DNA from: Tubiluchus corallicola
Taxonomy: Eukaryota > Animalia > Priapulida
Length of the DNA: 64,000 bases
Assembly (NCBI GenBank): GCA_030141605.1
Contig: JAQGDQ010000463.1
Span: 62,001-126,000 of the forward strand
Reading direction: 5' to 3'
Made by a program: the position numbers and the translations under genes. The notes beneath the pieces are model-generated. The model was not told where the DNA came from and ran no database searches. It saw only the letters and a list, made by a program, of their open reading frames with translations. Of this stretch, positions 10,581-23,770 are shown piece by piece; the first letter of the stretch is position 1; each line of letters opens with the position of its first letter.

Positions 10581-11279
10581 TAATAAAGGCTATAGATGAT
10601 CTAATTATGTTGTGACAGATTTTTTCTGCTGATAACTAACAATATAAAATAGATCTGTTAGTCAAAAAAATCCTTGGGGTGCCTTTACCTACACTCCTTG
10701 AGTCTGTGTAATTGGATGACAAAGAACAACGTTCGTCTAAGCCACATAATGTGTTGTTAGCAAAACCACATTCTGTTAAAGACATACGAAAAATCTTTGC
10801 ATTTTTGTTGCAACTAGTAGTTAAAATCATAATGCAATGCGTGCTTTCGTGTAGGATTTCACGAGTTAGACACATTCTGAAACTGAATCTGGCAACACTG
10901 GAGTATTTCAAGTAGGGGAAAATTATCAAAAAAGGCAGAGATTTCAGGATTTTGCCTAAAATTTTAAAGGGAAATGAGCGTATAATGGTTTTATAATAAA
11001 GCGGTACCGAATCGCTTCTGTAACTGAAGCTAAACCAGATTTTTTTCAAAAGTTTCTACTGAATCGAGTCGGATCTAAGGTAACATAGAAAGTAGGATCA
11101 AAGCTCCGATACGAAATAGTTCTTACAAAATGTAGCAAACTCATATGGTTCTGAAGGAGTTAACGTTAGAGAACATGACACACAGAGAGAACGAAGCATT
11201 AATTTAGATGAAGTTAATGGAAAAAGTTGGATGAGTATGAAGAAGTCAACATAGTACAGGTTGCTATAGCCTAACATGA

Positions 11280-12170
11280 TAACCAAGAATGCATGGAGGC
11301 AAAATTAGCTGAGCTGAAGAGATTAAAAGACTTGAAGTACGCAAGAGGAAGTACAGATGATGAACGACAAACATGTATATCACCTATATAGATATTGTGG
11401 CAGAAGGGTGATGACATCTGTGTTAGACTGGTTCATAGAGGATTTGAAGAACACTTAGATGTTCAGACAGATTCTACGACCATTGGAAAAAGTGTTATCA
11501 GAGTGCATTTGTCGGTTACTGCCAGCGAACAATGGATAGTATAAACTGCTAATATTAAATCTGCTTTTTTCATGGGAAAGAATTAGAGAGATTTTTTGTT
11601 ACACCTAAAGAAGCTCTATAAATTATGGAAAATATAAAAGCTTAGTCATTGTTTGTATAGATTAAATGATACTGCATGGCAGTTTTGCCAAAGTGTAGTG
11701 GAAACACTTCAAACCATTGATGGATGTAGTCCGTCAATGCTTGATCCAGCCTTATTTTTCTTTAGCTGTAATAATCAGTTATTTGCCATGATAGATACCC
11801 ATGTAAATGCCTTTCTTTATGCAGGTGACAAAACTTTTGATACCAATGGAATGAACAAACTTTGAGAGTATTTTATGGCAGCCGAGGTAGAAGAGCATCA
11901 GTTCAAGTATATAGGCTTTTCTTGTCAACAATTAGGTAGTGATATTTCGCTGGAACAAACAAGGTATTTGCAACAAATGGAAAATTGACTCCACAAACAG
12001 CAGCTGTCAAATATGCAAAGCTTTATTTAAATGGAAGAAAACTGCTAGACAGTTTTTTGGACATATTAATTTGGGTATACTGGATTGTAGACCTGACATA
12101 GCAAGTGAAATGATAGAACTCAGTCCTAAGCTCAATAATCAGTGATGTTTAGAGAGCAATTAAGGTAGTT
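11280..12170 (+). mobile_element. Decayed Ty1/Copia reverse transcriptase (GalEa-like)
   Basis: RLVHRGFEE..DSTT, NIKSAF, LYRLNDT, SMLDPALF, THVNAFLYAG and FKYIG motifs, with stops and frameshifts. Confidence 0.8.
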
Positions 12171-13859
12171 TAGTTTGCAGATTCACAGATGATAACATTT
12201 CTGCACAATTTTTTTTCCCAAATCTTTCTTTTGACGCCAGGAAGATTAATGTGCAGATTAGAATTCCAAATTTGGCTGAACAGCTAATCTAAAAGTAATA
12301 ATCTTTTAGCACATTTCATGTAATGTTCAGTTTTATTACTTATTCTCATTTACATCACAAAACAGGTGAAAACATAACAAATGTCAATGTTTATTGATTA
12401 GACATGTTTGATTCCTAAGATTCGCCTGGCATCTGCTACGTAGGGAAATTGATGCGTTTTAAAGTGAATAAACCTGCAACGTACGTCTTTTTGTGTTAAT
12501 CAGCTGTTGGAGTATACAGTAACATTGGCTTTCTAGGCGGTCAAGAAAATATCAAGTTATAGTTTCCAGATTTTCCAATTCTCTGCACCATTTCCTAACC
12601 TTGTAACGACAGAGTTTTTGACTTTTTCCCATACTAATATAGTTTACACCAATTTGTCTAAATTTTCAGTTTCGGTGCATGACTTAATCTTAACAGCAAC
12701 TGCCCAAAGTACATTCACTGTTTCTCAAAAAAAACTTGTTTAAATTTCGTGTTCAAGTCACAGATAACACCATATAGTAAAACTGGATAAAGTTAAACAG
12801 GAACTTGTATCTGTCAGAAGCATAAACTTCTATTTTTAAATTGCTGACAGCTCAATTAAAACAGGTTTACAGTTCTTCATAATGTCCCATAGATACAGAG
12901 TACTGTTATTGTCTGTGACCTATACTGTTTTTTTCTGCGTAAAGATTATGATATTTTTTCCTTTTATTGGTAGTGTCTGTTTTGGCTTATGTTTTTAATA
13001 ACCTTAATGTCTCATATTTTGTGCTAATTGTGATAGTAAATAGTAATAAACTTATATTCTACTTCTGGTAAAACATCTTGTAAAGGGTGCAAAAAATACA
13101 TATTTAACCAACGCGCAGGGAACCAAAATTCTTATTAAAATGTATCAAGAGACGTAAAATATCCCACAAATCTATGACGACTTTTTGCAGATTTTTAAAG
13201 ATTTCTCTTTAAACAAGTTTATGGAAGTTTGTTTAGTTCCATGTTTACCTGTTGTGCTCTGTATCTGCATTGGTCTTTCTTTTTTGTACTTTACAGTTTA
13301 TGGTATAGTTTACGATTATTCATTATGTCTTGATGCTAGTTATCGTAGTTTACTAGTGCTGATTAGTGTTTATAGTCATAACGCTATTGCTAAAAAACAG
13401 GTATTGTTAATCTCAGCATGTTGATCATTTTTATCAGCATGCATATACTGTTATTATTGTAATTGTATATATATCACCGAATATGATGGCAAATGAAGAA
13501 TTTCTACTTATTATCATCAAACATTACTTTCTCTACAAAAATAATCGGAAATGCCAAATTACTGCTTACCTATCAACTCTTGTGAATCTTGAGAACTTTT
13601 TGCGCCCTCTCCAACTTCTGAAATGTCCTTAGATAAATTTGACAATAAACCTTTCTCAACTTCCATAATTGAAATAATATTGAAACAACTACTAAACCCA
13701 TGTGCCTACAGTCCTTGACTTCGCCAGACTCCCTTTGACCTTTGTAATGCGTTATGAACAAAATCCATTTCGTGCTGCCATCTGTCGTTGGAAAATGGAT
13801 ACGCACCTGGGCCCACCTCTAAAGCGTTTGATAGAAAAAATTGTCTAACTTGTCGATAA

Positions 13860-13960
13860 AATTCAGATTACACTACTATATAAATAGATTTATATAAAAT
13901 AGAACATTTCGGTTTATTCGTTAGACCATTCTCAACTGATATAATACAATGAAAATTCAA
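13860..13960 (-). mobile_element. Penelope-like terminus remnant with degenerate hammerhead motif
   Basis: Minus strand TTGAGAA-TGGTCT-AACGAATA-AACC-GAAATGT at about 13935-13904. Confidence 0.35.
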
Positions 13961-14394
13961 TTCACATTAAAATTTTGTAAATTAAAGTCTTTTTTTCTAC
14001 ATAAAATTAATTACACGATCAATTGCTTTTTGGAATTCATTAATATTTTTCGTAAAGTATTTATCACCTGTTATTTTATCTGTAAATTTTATTATCTTTT
14101 GCATTTAAAGTGACTTAAATTCAAACTAATGTTACCAATCAAGTTTACGAAATATTAGACAATGTGAGCTTTTGCCTGATATGTCTTTTGCATACAAATA
14201 TAGCTTAACACAAGTATATACACTTAGACACTTAGAAAATGATCGAGCTCTTGTACGTTATTAATATTTAATGCAGTATCTTTATTTGCAATAGGACTTA
14301 TTGAAAATAACACAATATATATCCGAACAAAACTAAAAAAATAAGGTTCTACATCTGACTTGACCCTATTAGCTGATCAACCAAAAGTTCAAGT

Positions 14395-14456
14395 CACACA
14401 CACGCACGCACGCACACACACACACACATAATATATATACACATACACATATACAT

Positions 14457-14535
<79 letters not shown>

Positions 14536-14570
14536 CATATACACACATATACATATACATATATACTAAT
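14395..14570. repeat. (CA)n/(TA)n microsatellite
   Basis: Directly visible; explains ORF 14369..14743. Confidence 0.95.
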
Positions 14571-14909
14571 AATACTATATGAGTATTGGTGTAAGTATTG
14601 AGTAATAGTGTATGGTAAGTATAAATATTCACTAAGCTATACAACATAATTATTATCATATTAAATACGTTGTTAAAGACATACTTATAATAATCCATAT
14701 GCACACACATATACCTGCATATGTATATAAATTTACATAACATTATATGTATATATAAACAAAAATTTTTTGTTTAAACGAGTTAATGTATGGTAAATGA
14801 GGAAATAAAAATTAATTGCGTGTTGTGCATAAAATTAGAGTGTGTACATACGTACCCTGTTCTGGAAATGGTCTTAGTAATATTTCATGTACTATGATTA
14901 TTATTAAAG

Positions 14910-15510
14910 GGGCTGCAAGGGGGTGAGACACGCAATAATATCATATAACTCGTTTCAAGCCAACTCCTCCACGTGGTACAGCTCGGGTCCCGGGGGAGCA
15001 AATGGAGCAAGTCCGACTACCAAGCGGCTTAACGCAGCCAGCCATTTTGGAATGGTGAAGATGGGGAGGTTGAATCTGAGCTAACAGCCCATTCCTGTAA
15101 AAATATCTACTGTTACAGAAACCAAAGACACCAATGAAACCAATCTGGGGTAACTACTGTCACAGCGGACGTGAGAAGAGATGACAAGGACGGCAGGATG
15201 GCAGTGTTGGGTTGAAGCTTGCTAGAAGTCCAGTACCCAATCACGTCAATAGTGACCCTCAAGATATGTATGAGTTTGGGTACATGGAACAGACGGAAAG
15301 TGATTGTAGCAGAAGTGGTATGTCATGTGGCAAATGCGATGGAGAGGTAAAAGATTAGTCTGCTGGGTATTAGTGAATATAGACGGACTAGAACGAGAAA
15401 GACGAGACTAAACACAGGGCAGACGAATGTATAATTCTTGAAGAAGATCAACACAGAGGTGGAGTCACTGATGTTACAATGTGCACAGAAGAGTCTCATA
15501 GTGCGGAGAC
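14910..15510 (+). mobile_element. 5' part of an RTE-clade LINE (5' UTR with HDV-like ribozyme remnant, plus APE N-terminus)
   Basis: LGTWN...LLGISEYR...HRGGV...AQKSL matches the endonuclease start. The UTR has GCTAACAGCCCATTCCTGTAAAA and the CC-TCCACGT-GG motif. Confidence 0.7.
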
Positions 15511-15699
15511 CAGAGTCGGCTTACTTTATTTGTCCTCTCAAGAATTTTTTCTGTTGTGCTGACCATCACCTGCTTGATCTTCCACTGCTCAGCTGCTTCA
15601 CCTCATCTAGGTTCTTCGTGTCTGGAACACGTTCTTTACCGCCACCCCTTTGTTGTATCATCCTCCAACTTCCTCAAATCAAATTTGTGTGACGTGCTG

Positions 15700-15948
15700 A
15701 CCGGTGCGTGGTAAAAATGGCACAGGAAAAATCGTACAGCAAAATTGGCACAGGGAAGATGCCACAGGAAAAATGGCACAAATGGAAAAGTAGGTAAAAT
15801 GACACAGGCAAAATGGCACGGAAAAATGGCACATAAAAAATGACACAGGCAAAAATGACACAGGTAAAAATGGCACAGGAAAAAACCGGCACAAATAGAA
15901 AAGAAGGTAAAAATGGCACAAATGGAAAAGTAGCAAAAATGGCACATT
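15700..15948 (+). repeat. Tandem AAAAATGGCACA(GG) subrepeats, probably the subterminal array of a DNA transposon or MITE
   Basis: About a dozen imperfect copies of AAATG(G/A)CAC, which explain the three overlapping low-complexity ORFs. Confidence 0.75.
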
Positions 15949-18900
15949 GTAAAGTTGATGTAATTGATTTCCATAATAAAACTAATTGACAATATTTCTG
16001 ACGTGGACAGAAAGTGAAGACTTTGCAAATAATAGTTATAAAATTGAGCTTTAAAAATGAAGAGATGACATTGTTCGAAAATTATTATTTTCATTTTGCT
16101 TGAATACATAGGAAGTGCATTTCTCAACGAAACCTCAGCATTTAGCTGTTCAGGGTTTCGGGTTTTGCCCCCTAGCACGGCCCCCTATTGTGGCCCTAGC
16201 TCAAAAACTATGGGAACAGATGGATCATAAAGAAACACAAATGAAGACCCGCCCGCTCCGTGACCTTTGATGCGGCAACTCGGGTCATATGTATACATAG
16301 ATAACTTTGCCCGGTGAGTGTACCCTGTGAGTTTTGTATCCCTAGTTCTCAGCATGTAAAAGGTCACAAATTGGGGGACCCCAAATTTTGAATTTTGGCC
16401 CCTCCCTCGGGTGTTTGAAACTTGCCAGCTCTTTAAAACCCCAGGTGCACACCTGCCTCACAGCGCCCAATACTGGAATGGCAGAGCCAATGACGTATTG
16501 TGATCCGCCTGAAAATTCATGCAAACATACAACTCATGCTACAAACCGAGTAATTTGGAATTTTGTGGCATCTGTAATCTCAGCTGTAGCAGTCAGACCA
16601 TCGACAGAGAATTTCCTTCAGCAGGTATAATAAAACCAAAAAAAAACTTTAGAACTGCAACAGAGAAATGAACAATTGTACATAAATCAGGGAGCACACT
16701 TGCTAATACAGTTTTTACATCTGTACTGAAGGAAACTCGTTGATTAACAAATTGAGAGTTTCCAACATAAGATATTATAACTTCGAATTACAAATTAAGT
16801 ATATAATTTAAATACTTTATCGAAGCGTCACAGCAGTGCAAAAAGTCTATTGCATTGTTTATTACAAGAAACCACTTTTATAAATGCTACTACTTACTAT
16901 TGCTATTTACTATTACTATTAGCTAGACTTTTATTATTTGCTAGAGCCCCAACAAAATTCGCTGAAACTATCTGCAAACTGAAGAATACACCAAGTATCA
17001 TTACTAGGAATTTGCACAAGAATGACTTTGATATTTAGAAACTTTAGATTCCTGTTCATTGACGATAAAATTTTGCAATTCACTATTGAAAGGTTGACAA
17101 AATCTATCAATAATTATGACAAGCTAGAGAACATCCGACTCTCAGACCTCATGCCAAAAAAACACTCGCACACCAGAACAAAAAACAACATTATTACTAA
17201 ACCGGCAAGTCCAAAAGGATCATCACTGAATGTGGCTCTATGGCTACTCACCATGGACCAAATGACTTGTGTCCACCGTGATGTTCAAGGTACTGTTGGA
17301 TGAATGGTCAGTACTTATCTGTCCAAAAGTATTTAGAATAGGCATTAATATGGGGCATTTAAGACAATTATGAGTTCCATAGCCTTGATAAGGTTTCCTT
17401 TGCAACTTGTTCTTAAGTAAAGTTAGGATAATACATAGAAGTGTACTGGACAGTATCAAAAATGAGTCAGACAGGTATTGATAACACTCCAAGCATGTTT
17501 ACAACATGTAGCTACCAATTATTTTTGTGCTTTGACACGAGTACACTGTGCCATTAAAATGTGCATCAAATAGAAATGTAAATATCTATTTAAATTAATC
17601 TGCTACTGACACACAGCTTTGCCAGCTATTAACATTTACTAAGACCCCCTTAAAAGAAAAAACTTTCAAACCATATACACTACTCATCCCAACTGGCACT
17701 CCTCAGTTAACCACTCTGCATTCCACGCGCTGTCAGAAAAAGTCATGTAAAATAGTGTATCCTGAAAAAAAGAGCATTAATATATCAGTTGAAAACGTTT
17801 ACATATCAACTCATATAACTCAATTAGTAACTCCCCTTTATTAAATGCACAGCCCCCAATGAACTTTTGAATTTTGCCACCTTCCTTTTTAAAGCTAGAC
17901 AGAAAGAATAAGAATGAGAAATTTATTAATGGAAAAACTATGTCAGAAATAAATCAACACAAAGAATTTAGAAAAAGGAAAAAACATCTTTAATCTTTTC
18001 AGCACTTTAACAACAATATTATCAAAACCCATGGAACAAACCAAGTAAAGGGAAAATGGAAAAGAAAACTAGCCCCCCAGAGCTAGTGACTGTTATCCCT
18101 ATGAGTATTTACATGCCCCAAATAGGCCCCCAGGGCTCAAGTTATCTTATTCCCTGAGCACGAAGAATATTCACCCTTCTCCCAGGCTGGAGATAGAGGT
18201 TGGACTGTCTGCAGAAAGTGACCTCTCCGGTCAGTCTCCTCTTCGTCTATAGTGCTCCATGTCTCTTCCACGCCACTTGCTCCTAGATGGTGAAACACTC
18301 TTCTACCATCTCGGTACTCTGTTCACAAGCAAAAGCGATGTCCTTGCCATCTGCCATCATTGCTTCTGCCACTGCTTTAGCAACATTTCTTCCCCACACA
18401 AAGCTGCCCTTTGTTGTCACTGCCTCTTTGAACTGGCAACAGTGCCACCATCCTCATCCTCTTTGCTTGTATTGTACTCCTGCCTCATCCTCTTTGCTTG
18501 TATTGTACTCCTGCAAAAAACATCAAATGTTATTCATCAGTTATTAGCAACTCAGAAACAGGCTGAGCTGCAAGTGCTTTCATTTACATTTCGGAAAAAT
18601 ATTTTTCTCTTCACTTAATGTAGGTGCTACTATGTCCATACACTCTCAGCCTATGGTTATACTGTCATTATTCCCACGAACCGGCTATGACTTTTTTTCA
18701 CAAAATAGTTCAAATACAATGGTTATGATCACATTCATATGTGCACCACACTCAACACCGTCATCGTCAACCCATCATAGTAATAACCATGGCATTGCAA
18801 CAAAGCCTGCAAAGAGAGAATGTCTATCTGCCGCAAATCCCATCTATACCACTGTGGAGGACTTATTTTCCATTTCCGTTATAAAAAATGAAGCCCATGG

Positions 18901-19059
18901 TAATTTGGAAGGCTGCATTTTTCAAGGCACATTTTTCAAGCATCTTCGTTATCTAATGTTTTACAATATGACGCTTATGCAATGGCAGCCTGCACAATGG
19001 TTGCCGGATCATCAGAGAACTGATCCGCAACATATGAATTTATAGTATCCACTATGCTC

Positions 19060-19735
19060 AAGTGACATTAGTCTGGTTCAGCTTTGGCAGAAGTGCAATC
19101 TTCACACCTGAGATCAGCCTCCAATAACAATTTCGCAAAGTCCTGGGACTGCAGATCACTGATAGTATCTGCTTCGCACAAAGTACCCACAACGGTTCCT
19201 TTTACAAGCGTGATTTCATCCTCTCCCAAATTTATCACTGATACAGATAGTTGCAGTGTGGCAGACCAATGAGAGCTCTCCCAATTAATACCTTCTCTAA
19301 ATGTGGGTCTGACCCATCCACTTCTGCACAACCGGCTGAAACGATGGGACTGGTTCTACGACCCAACCTCCCTTTTCCCCAAGAACAGCAAGCCCAGCAC
19401 CCCTGGTTATCTATCCCGCCCTCTATTATCATTTGGGTACAAGCAGGGACTAGTATGGCCTTACTCACAACTACAGCTGTCCTTTGGTGCAAACCTATAC
19501 CTAAAATACCAGTGGACCCTCTCAGATCAGTTATTAGTACCGTATGGATAGCCTCAAAACTTCCTGTTTTCAAAGTACAGGACAGTAGGCCATGTACATC
19601 CATAGGTCCGCTATTACGTGTGATCGAAATCACATCTGTGTGGTTCAAAGTAGGAAAATTAGGACTACAAGCCATTTTATCTTTCAGTGACTTGTCTATG
19701 ACAGTTGATGCAGCCCCATAATTGTTTGATTTGTA
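19060..19735 (-). mobile_element. Gypsy-type retropepsin and post-protease region, decayed
   Basis: NYGAASTVID (degenerate D[TS]GA)...GILGI, then VPACTQMII and VINLGEDEITLVKGTVVG. A possible PPT/LTR junction lies near 17635-17660. Confidence 0.6.
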
Positions 19736-19749
19736 TGAGTCTCCGCTGC

Positions 19750-20530
19750 TGGCCTTTAAATTCGTTCATCTGAACATTAGAAAACTCTAGCTACGTCTAC
19801 ACGAGTTTAGATTAGTGCTACGACAAACTGAAAATAAAGTGAATATATTCGAGATATGTGAAACCTGGCTTGATAACAGCTACAGCAACTCCTGTCTCAA
19901 TATAAACAATTATGAGATTATCCCAGAAAGTATAGGCATACAAATAGTTTTGGAGGTGTTTTAATCTATGGATCAAATGATTTTGAACAGAAATGATCTT
20001 GAAACAGATGAAATTGAAGCGGTATGGTGCGAAGTTCGTTTGCCTAGATCAGCCCCTTTCGCGTCGGTTGTGTACACCGGTCACACGACTCTACCGGTGA
20101 CTGGTTCCACATGTTTGATACTGTTCTTGAAAGAGTTTATAGCGAAGGCAAAGAAGTTTACATAATGGGTGATATCAATATCGACCTGTCGCCAAACAAA
20201 GTGACGCCTAATCAACGATTGTGGACAACGTTATACGAATCCTGTGGATTAAAAACAGCTTGCAAACGTTCCCACAATAAAAACGGAAAATACTGCTACC
20301 TTGAATGTTCCGAGAATATAATTAGTGTATCAGTCCCTCACCCTGGATACACACAAATACATAAATACACACAAATCAATCAGATATCATTCATACAAAC
20401 CCACAGATATTAACACTCTACGAGCTGATCTGCAAAGAATTCCATATCCAGTAATAGACGTTTTTTGAAGATCCAACTGATGCCGTCGAATATTTCACTG
20501 ATGTAATAAAAGTCCATGCTCCTATTAAGG
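19750..20530 (+). mobile_element. CR1/L2-type APE endonuclease fragment
   Basis: HLNIR, ICETWL, GGVLIY, IEAVWCEV and YIMGDINIDL motifs across frameshifts. Confidence 0.85.
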
Positions 20531-20542
20531 AAAAAGAGAGTG

Positions 20543-20580
<38 letters not shown>

Positions 20581-22489
20581 ATGTATTTTGAAAATGCCTC
20601 GAATTGTGGATAGAGCTTTATTAAGCACGGTATTTAGTCACTGATGTTTACTGCTAACAGCTAGTCGTTCACGAGCTTACTTATTTAAAGTATCGAGAAA
20701 TGTTATAGAGTTACGAAAATGTAACATGCTCAAGAAAGTTTTAACATGGTTTAAATTGCTAAAATGTTTATGTAATTAGCAAAGCGGAATTTAATGTGGA
20801 AGTTGGAGGTTAACAAGGTAGTTTACTGCACGTTGAGTGTAGGATAAGGCCATAAGAATTGAGAACGCGGAAGTTTTCATAAAGCAAAAGATTATCTTGA
20901 ATATTTGAATTTCAAGAATGTAATAGTGATAAGATGCAGTTTATGCATTTACTATAGAAATTTATATGTTGGCCTTAGTAAGACTGTGCTGTTTGTACTT
21001 ACGTCCAAGTAGTTCAGCAATTTTTGTATGAGGAAGGTCCTTATAAGTTTTGCATCCAAGTTTAAAATTTGATGCTGTATAGCAAGTTCAAACTGTAAAA
21101 ACGTATAGCTGGATATTTGAAATACGTGTCAAAATGTAAAATTGAATGTGAACTTTAAAAATTATTTTATGCATTGAGAACATTTACAGAGTAATGTGAA
21201 TATTTTACTGAATGTCAGGTAGTAAAAGGAAAGCGTAAAAATGTAACAGAAATACCCAACAATGGAAATATGGTATAACATTTTTATTTAAAATGACATA
21301 ATAACATAGTTGATCATATATGTCAGAAGTTAAAGTACAAGTATACACATTTTGAATGTAAACTTTGGTACGCACATAAAATTTCATTGTGCATTGTAGC
21401 TATAATATGTTACTACAGTACAAGTATGTATTTCTTTAGAACATCATAGTTTCCCATAATATTTATTGTTTTCCCAATCTATAATTTTGGGCTATAACGG
21501 CACGAGGGGTAGTGATTGCCCGTCGGGAAGCCTTTTGACACCGTTACTACAAATTGTGTAGCGGCTAGATGTACACTTTCTTCGTGTAAATTTTGAACAA
21601 AATTTAGGGGAGGCATGTAACTGTGACTGAGGCCGATTTATTACAGATCTTTGGTTTAAATTTCCCAGTATATGTGACTGGGATAGTTAATTGTGGATTC
21701 GTGAAGATAGTCCGAAATTTGCGGATTGATGTGATAAATTTTTATCCTGTTTCCCATGTGTTGAGTCACGACCTCACTTTGGAGGCAAGAAATGCGGAGA
21801 GCGGACCAAGTGCACTGAATCTAAAATCTTGATGTTAATCTTAATACCACTTTGATATTAATCTTATTATCATTTTGATATCAATCTTATTATTTGTGAT
21901 ATAAGATTATAGCGATTGCGTGTATGAATACAATGCAATCAATCGGAGACGTGTAAATTCCGTTATTGGCGTCACGTAGCAGTTCCTTCCTGGCAATAAA
22001 GGCTCAACATTAAACTAAGCATTGTTGTTTGGGTATCGTTTCAATATATCAAATGAGTTGGATTCATGCATTATGGACTTGCCTCATGTATTGTGGTCCA
22101 CGAAGGCTTTGATGATTCAAGGATAGATTTATGACTATCATATCATAAACTCAATAGAAAATAGTTTCCCGGCTATTAGAAAGTATACGTGTATACTTTC
22201 AACACAAGATGTAGTACAGTAATTCACTGGTAAGAATATAGGCCTATATATATAATGGAATAAGTTTAAATTATACTAGCTATCCAATTATTAAAAAAAT
22301 GAGTCTAACCTGACATAAACCAAAGTTTGTGCTTTCACTGGGCAAACGTGCAAAACATGCAAATATTTTCAAATATACTTTTTGATGTTTCCATATTTCA
22401 AAATAAATAATGATGAGTGTCAGACAGTCTATGTTTTCCTTTTGCAAACATACCTAAATCCAATTCCATATCCAACGTTTAAGGCTTGA

Positions 22490-22965
22490 GGTAGATCTAT
22501 GGATCTCCTCTGTAAAGCCTGCTCTCCTGGCATTTAGTGTGCATGGTACAAGGGATTTTTTATGATTCCACTCAAATTCCAAATTTCTCTTGAATTCGTT
22601 TATTGACTTAGATCTTACAATTTAGCTGCTTAAACCAAACCTGCTGAAGGCATACTTCCTTACATTCAGTCTGGCGCTGGGTTTGTAAAATTTACAAGGA
22701 TGACCTCTAGTAATTTCTCAACAAGAAAAATGACTCAACCAAAACATCAATTTTATCGATAATTCGAAAAGCCTGAATCACATCACTTCGTTGACGTCTA
22801 TATAGATGGAATGTTTAACTTCTTAGTCTTTCTGTCCTGTCCAAGTTACCAAATGATAGAGAACTTGGTAGCCCTTTATTAAACAGCCCTTTGTCTCTCT
22901 GAGTTGAGCACCTCCTATGAACATTGGTCCCCAAACTACGATGGCATGTTCTAGGTGTGGTCTAA
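22490..22965 (-). mobile_element. CR1-type LINE 3' end
   Basis: RPHLEHAIVVWGP, YRRQRSDVIQAFRII and RGHPCKFYKPSARLNVRKYAFS. Confidence 0.8.
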
Positions 22966-23098
22966 TAATTAATAAAATCCACACTGTGACCAGAGCTACA
23001 AATACGTAACTGGGATTTTAAATAAAACACAGTTTATCTGCATTTCACAACAAGCTCTCTCCCTCTCTCAACGTGCAAAAAGTTCTATTCCTTTAGCA

Positions 23099-23571
23099 CA
23101 GGGGTGTGCAAATTATATGACTAGCTGGGCCACATTAAACTTTGCCGCAATTCCTGCGGGCCACAGGCAGTTTGATCAAGGAGCCAAGTACAGAAAGGCC
23201 TAATAACGATTTTTTTGCATCCGATCTGCGTACATCATTACTACTACACTCAAGAAACTATTTTAGAAGTTATTAAAATTTATATTACAAACCATATATT
23301 TCTATTTTCAGGCCAGATAGTGGTAATTTCATTACAATGCATATTAGTAATGTGTATCACACAGTCTGTGTAGTACAGTGACATTAAGCTACAACTGTCT
23401 TGTAAGGGTTAATGGCATCCGATCTAGTAGAAAAAAACTACCCGCACTATCTTTGGGATCGTGGCACGGACTTCAGCTGGATAATCGCCCGGGTCGCACT
23501 TTCATGAGGTTGACAAATCTCTTCGTGGGCCGCACAAATTCTCTCGGCGGGCCGCAATTTGCACACCCCTG
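23099..23571. mobile_element. hAT (Charlie/Buster-type) MITE with intact TIRs and TSD
   Basis: Perfect 16-bp TIR CAGGGGTGTGCAAATT. 8-bp TSD CTTTAGCA (23091-23098 and 23572-23579) with central TA. Subterminal GGGCC(G/A)CA repeats. Confidence 0.95.
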
Positions 23572-23709
23572 CTTTAGCAGTTTTCTAACACAAAATACAG
23601 TTATAATATATTTTTTACAGTAGAGTGCACTGACTCTTTTATAGTATTACATGCTGTCTTTGGCTTCCATGTAAATACATAGTCTTCTTTTTTCAACTAC
23701 TGTAGGCCT

Positions 23710-23770
23710 TGCTATATAAACTGATTGTTGTTCCAAATTCTCAGACACTGAAGACGACTACAGGATAGTG
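23710..23770 (+). mobile_element. Truncated Penelope-like terminus
   Basis: CTATATAAACTGATTG...CTGAAGA-C-GACTA-CAGGA-TAGT, with the same upstream motif as the Penelope end at 57387-57460. Confidence 0.35.

Noticed and set aside
15636-16178. Cys/Phe-rich overlapping ORFs
   Set aside because: Artefacts of the AAAAATGGCACA tandem repeat.
21617-22009. Possible solo LTR (TG...AATAAA...CA, with an internal ~22-bp tandem repeat)
   Set aside because: No TSD or second copy in the window to support it.
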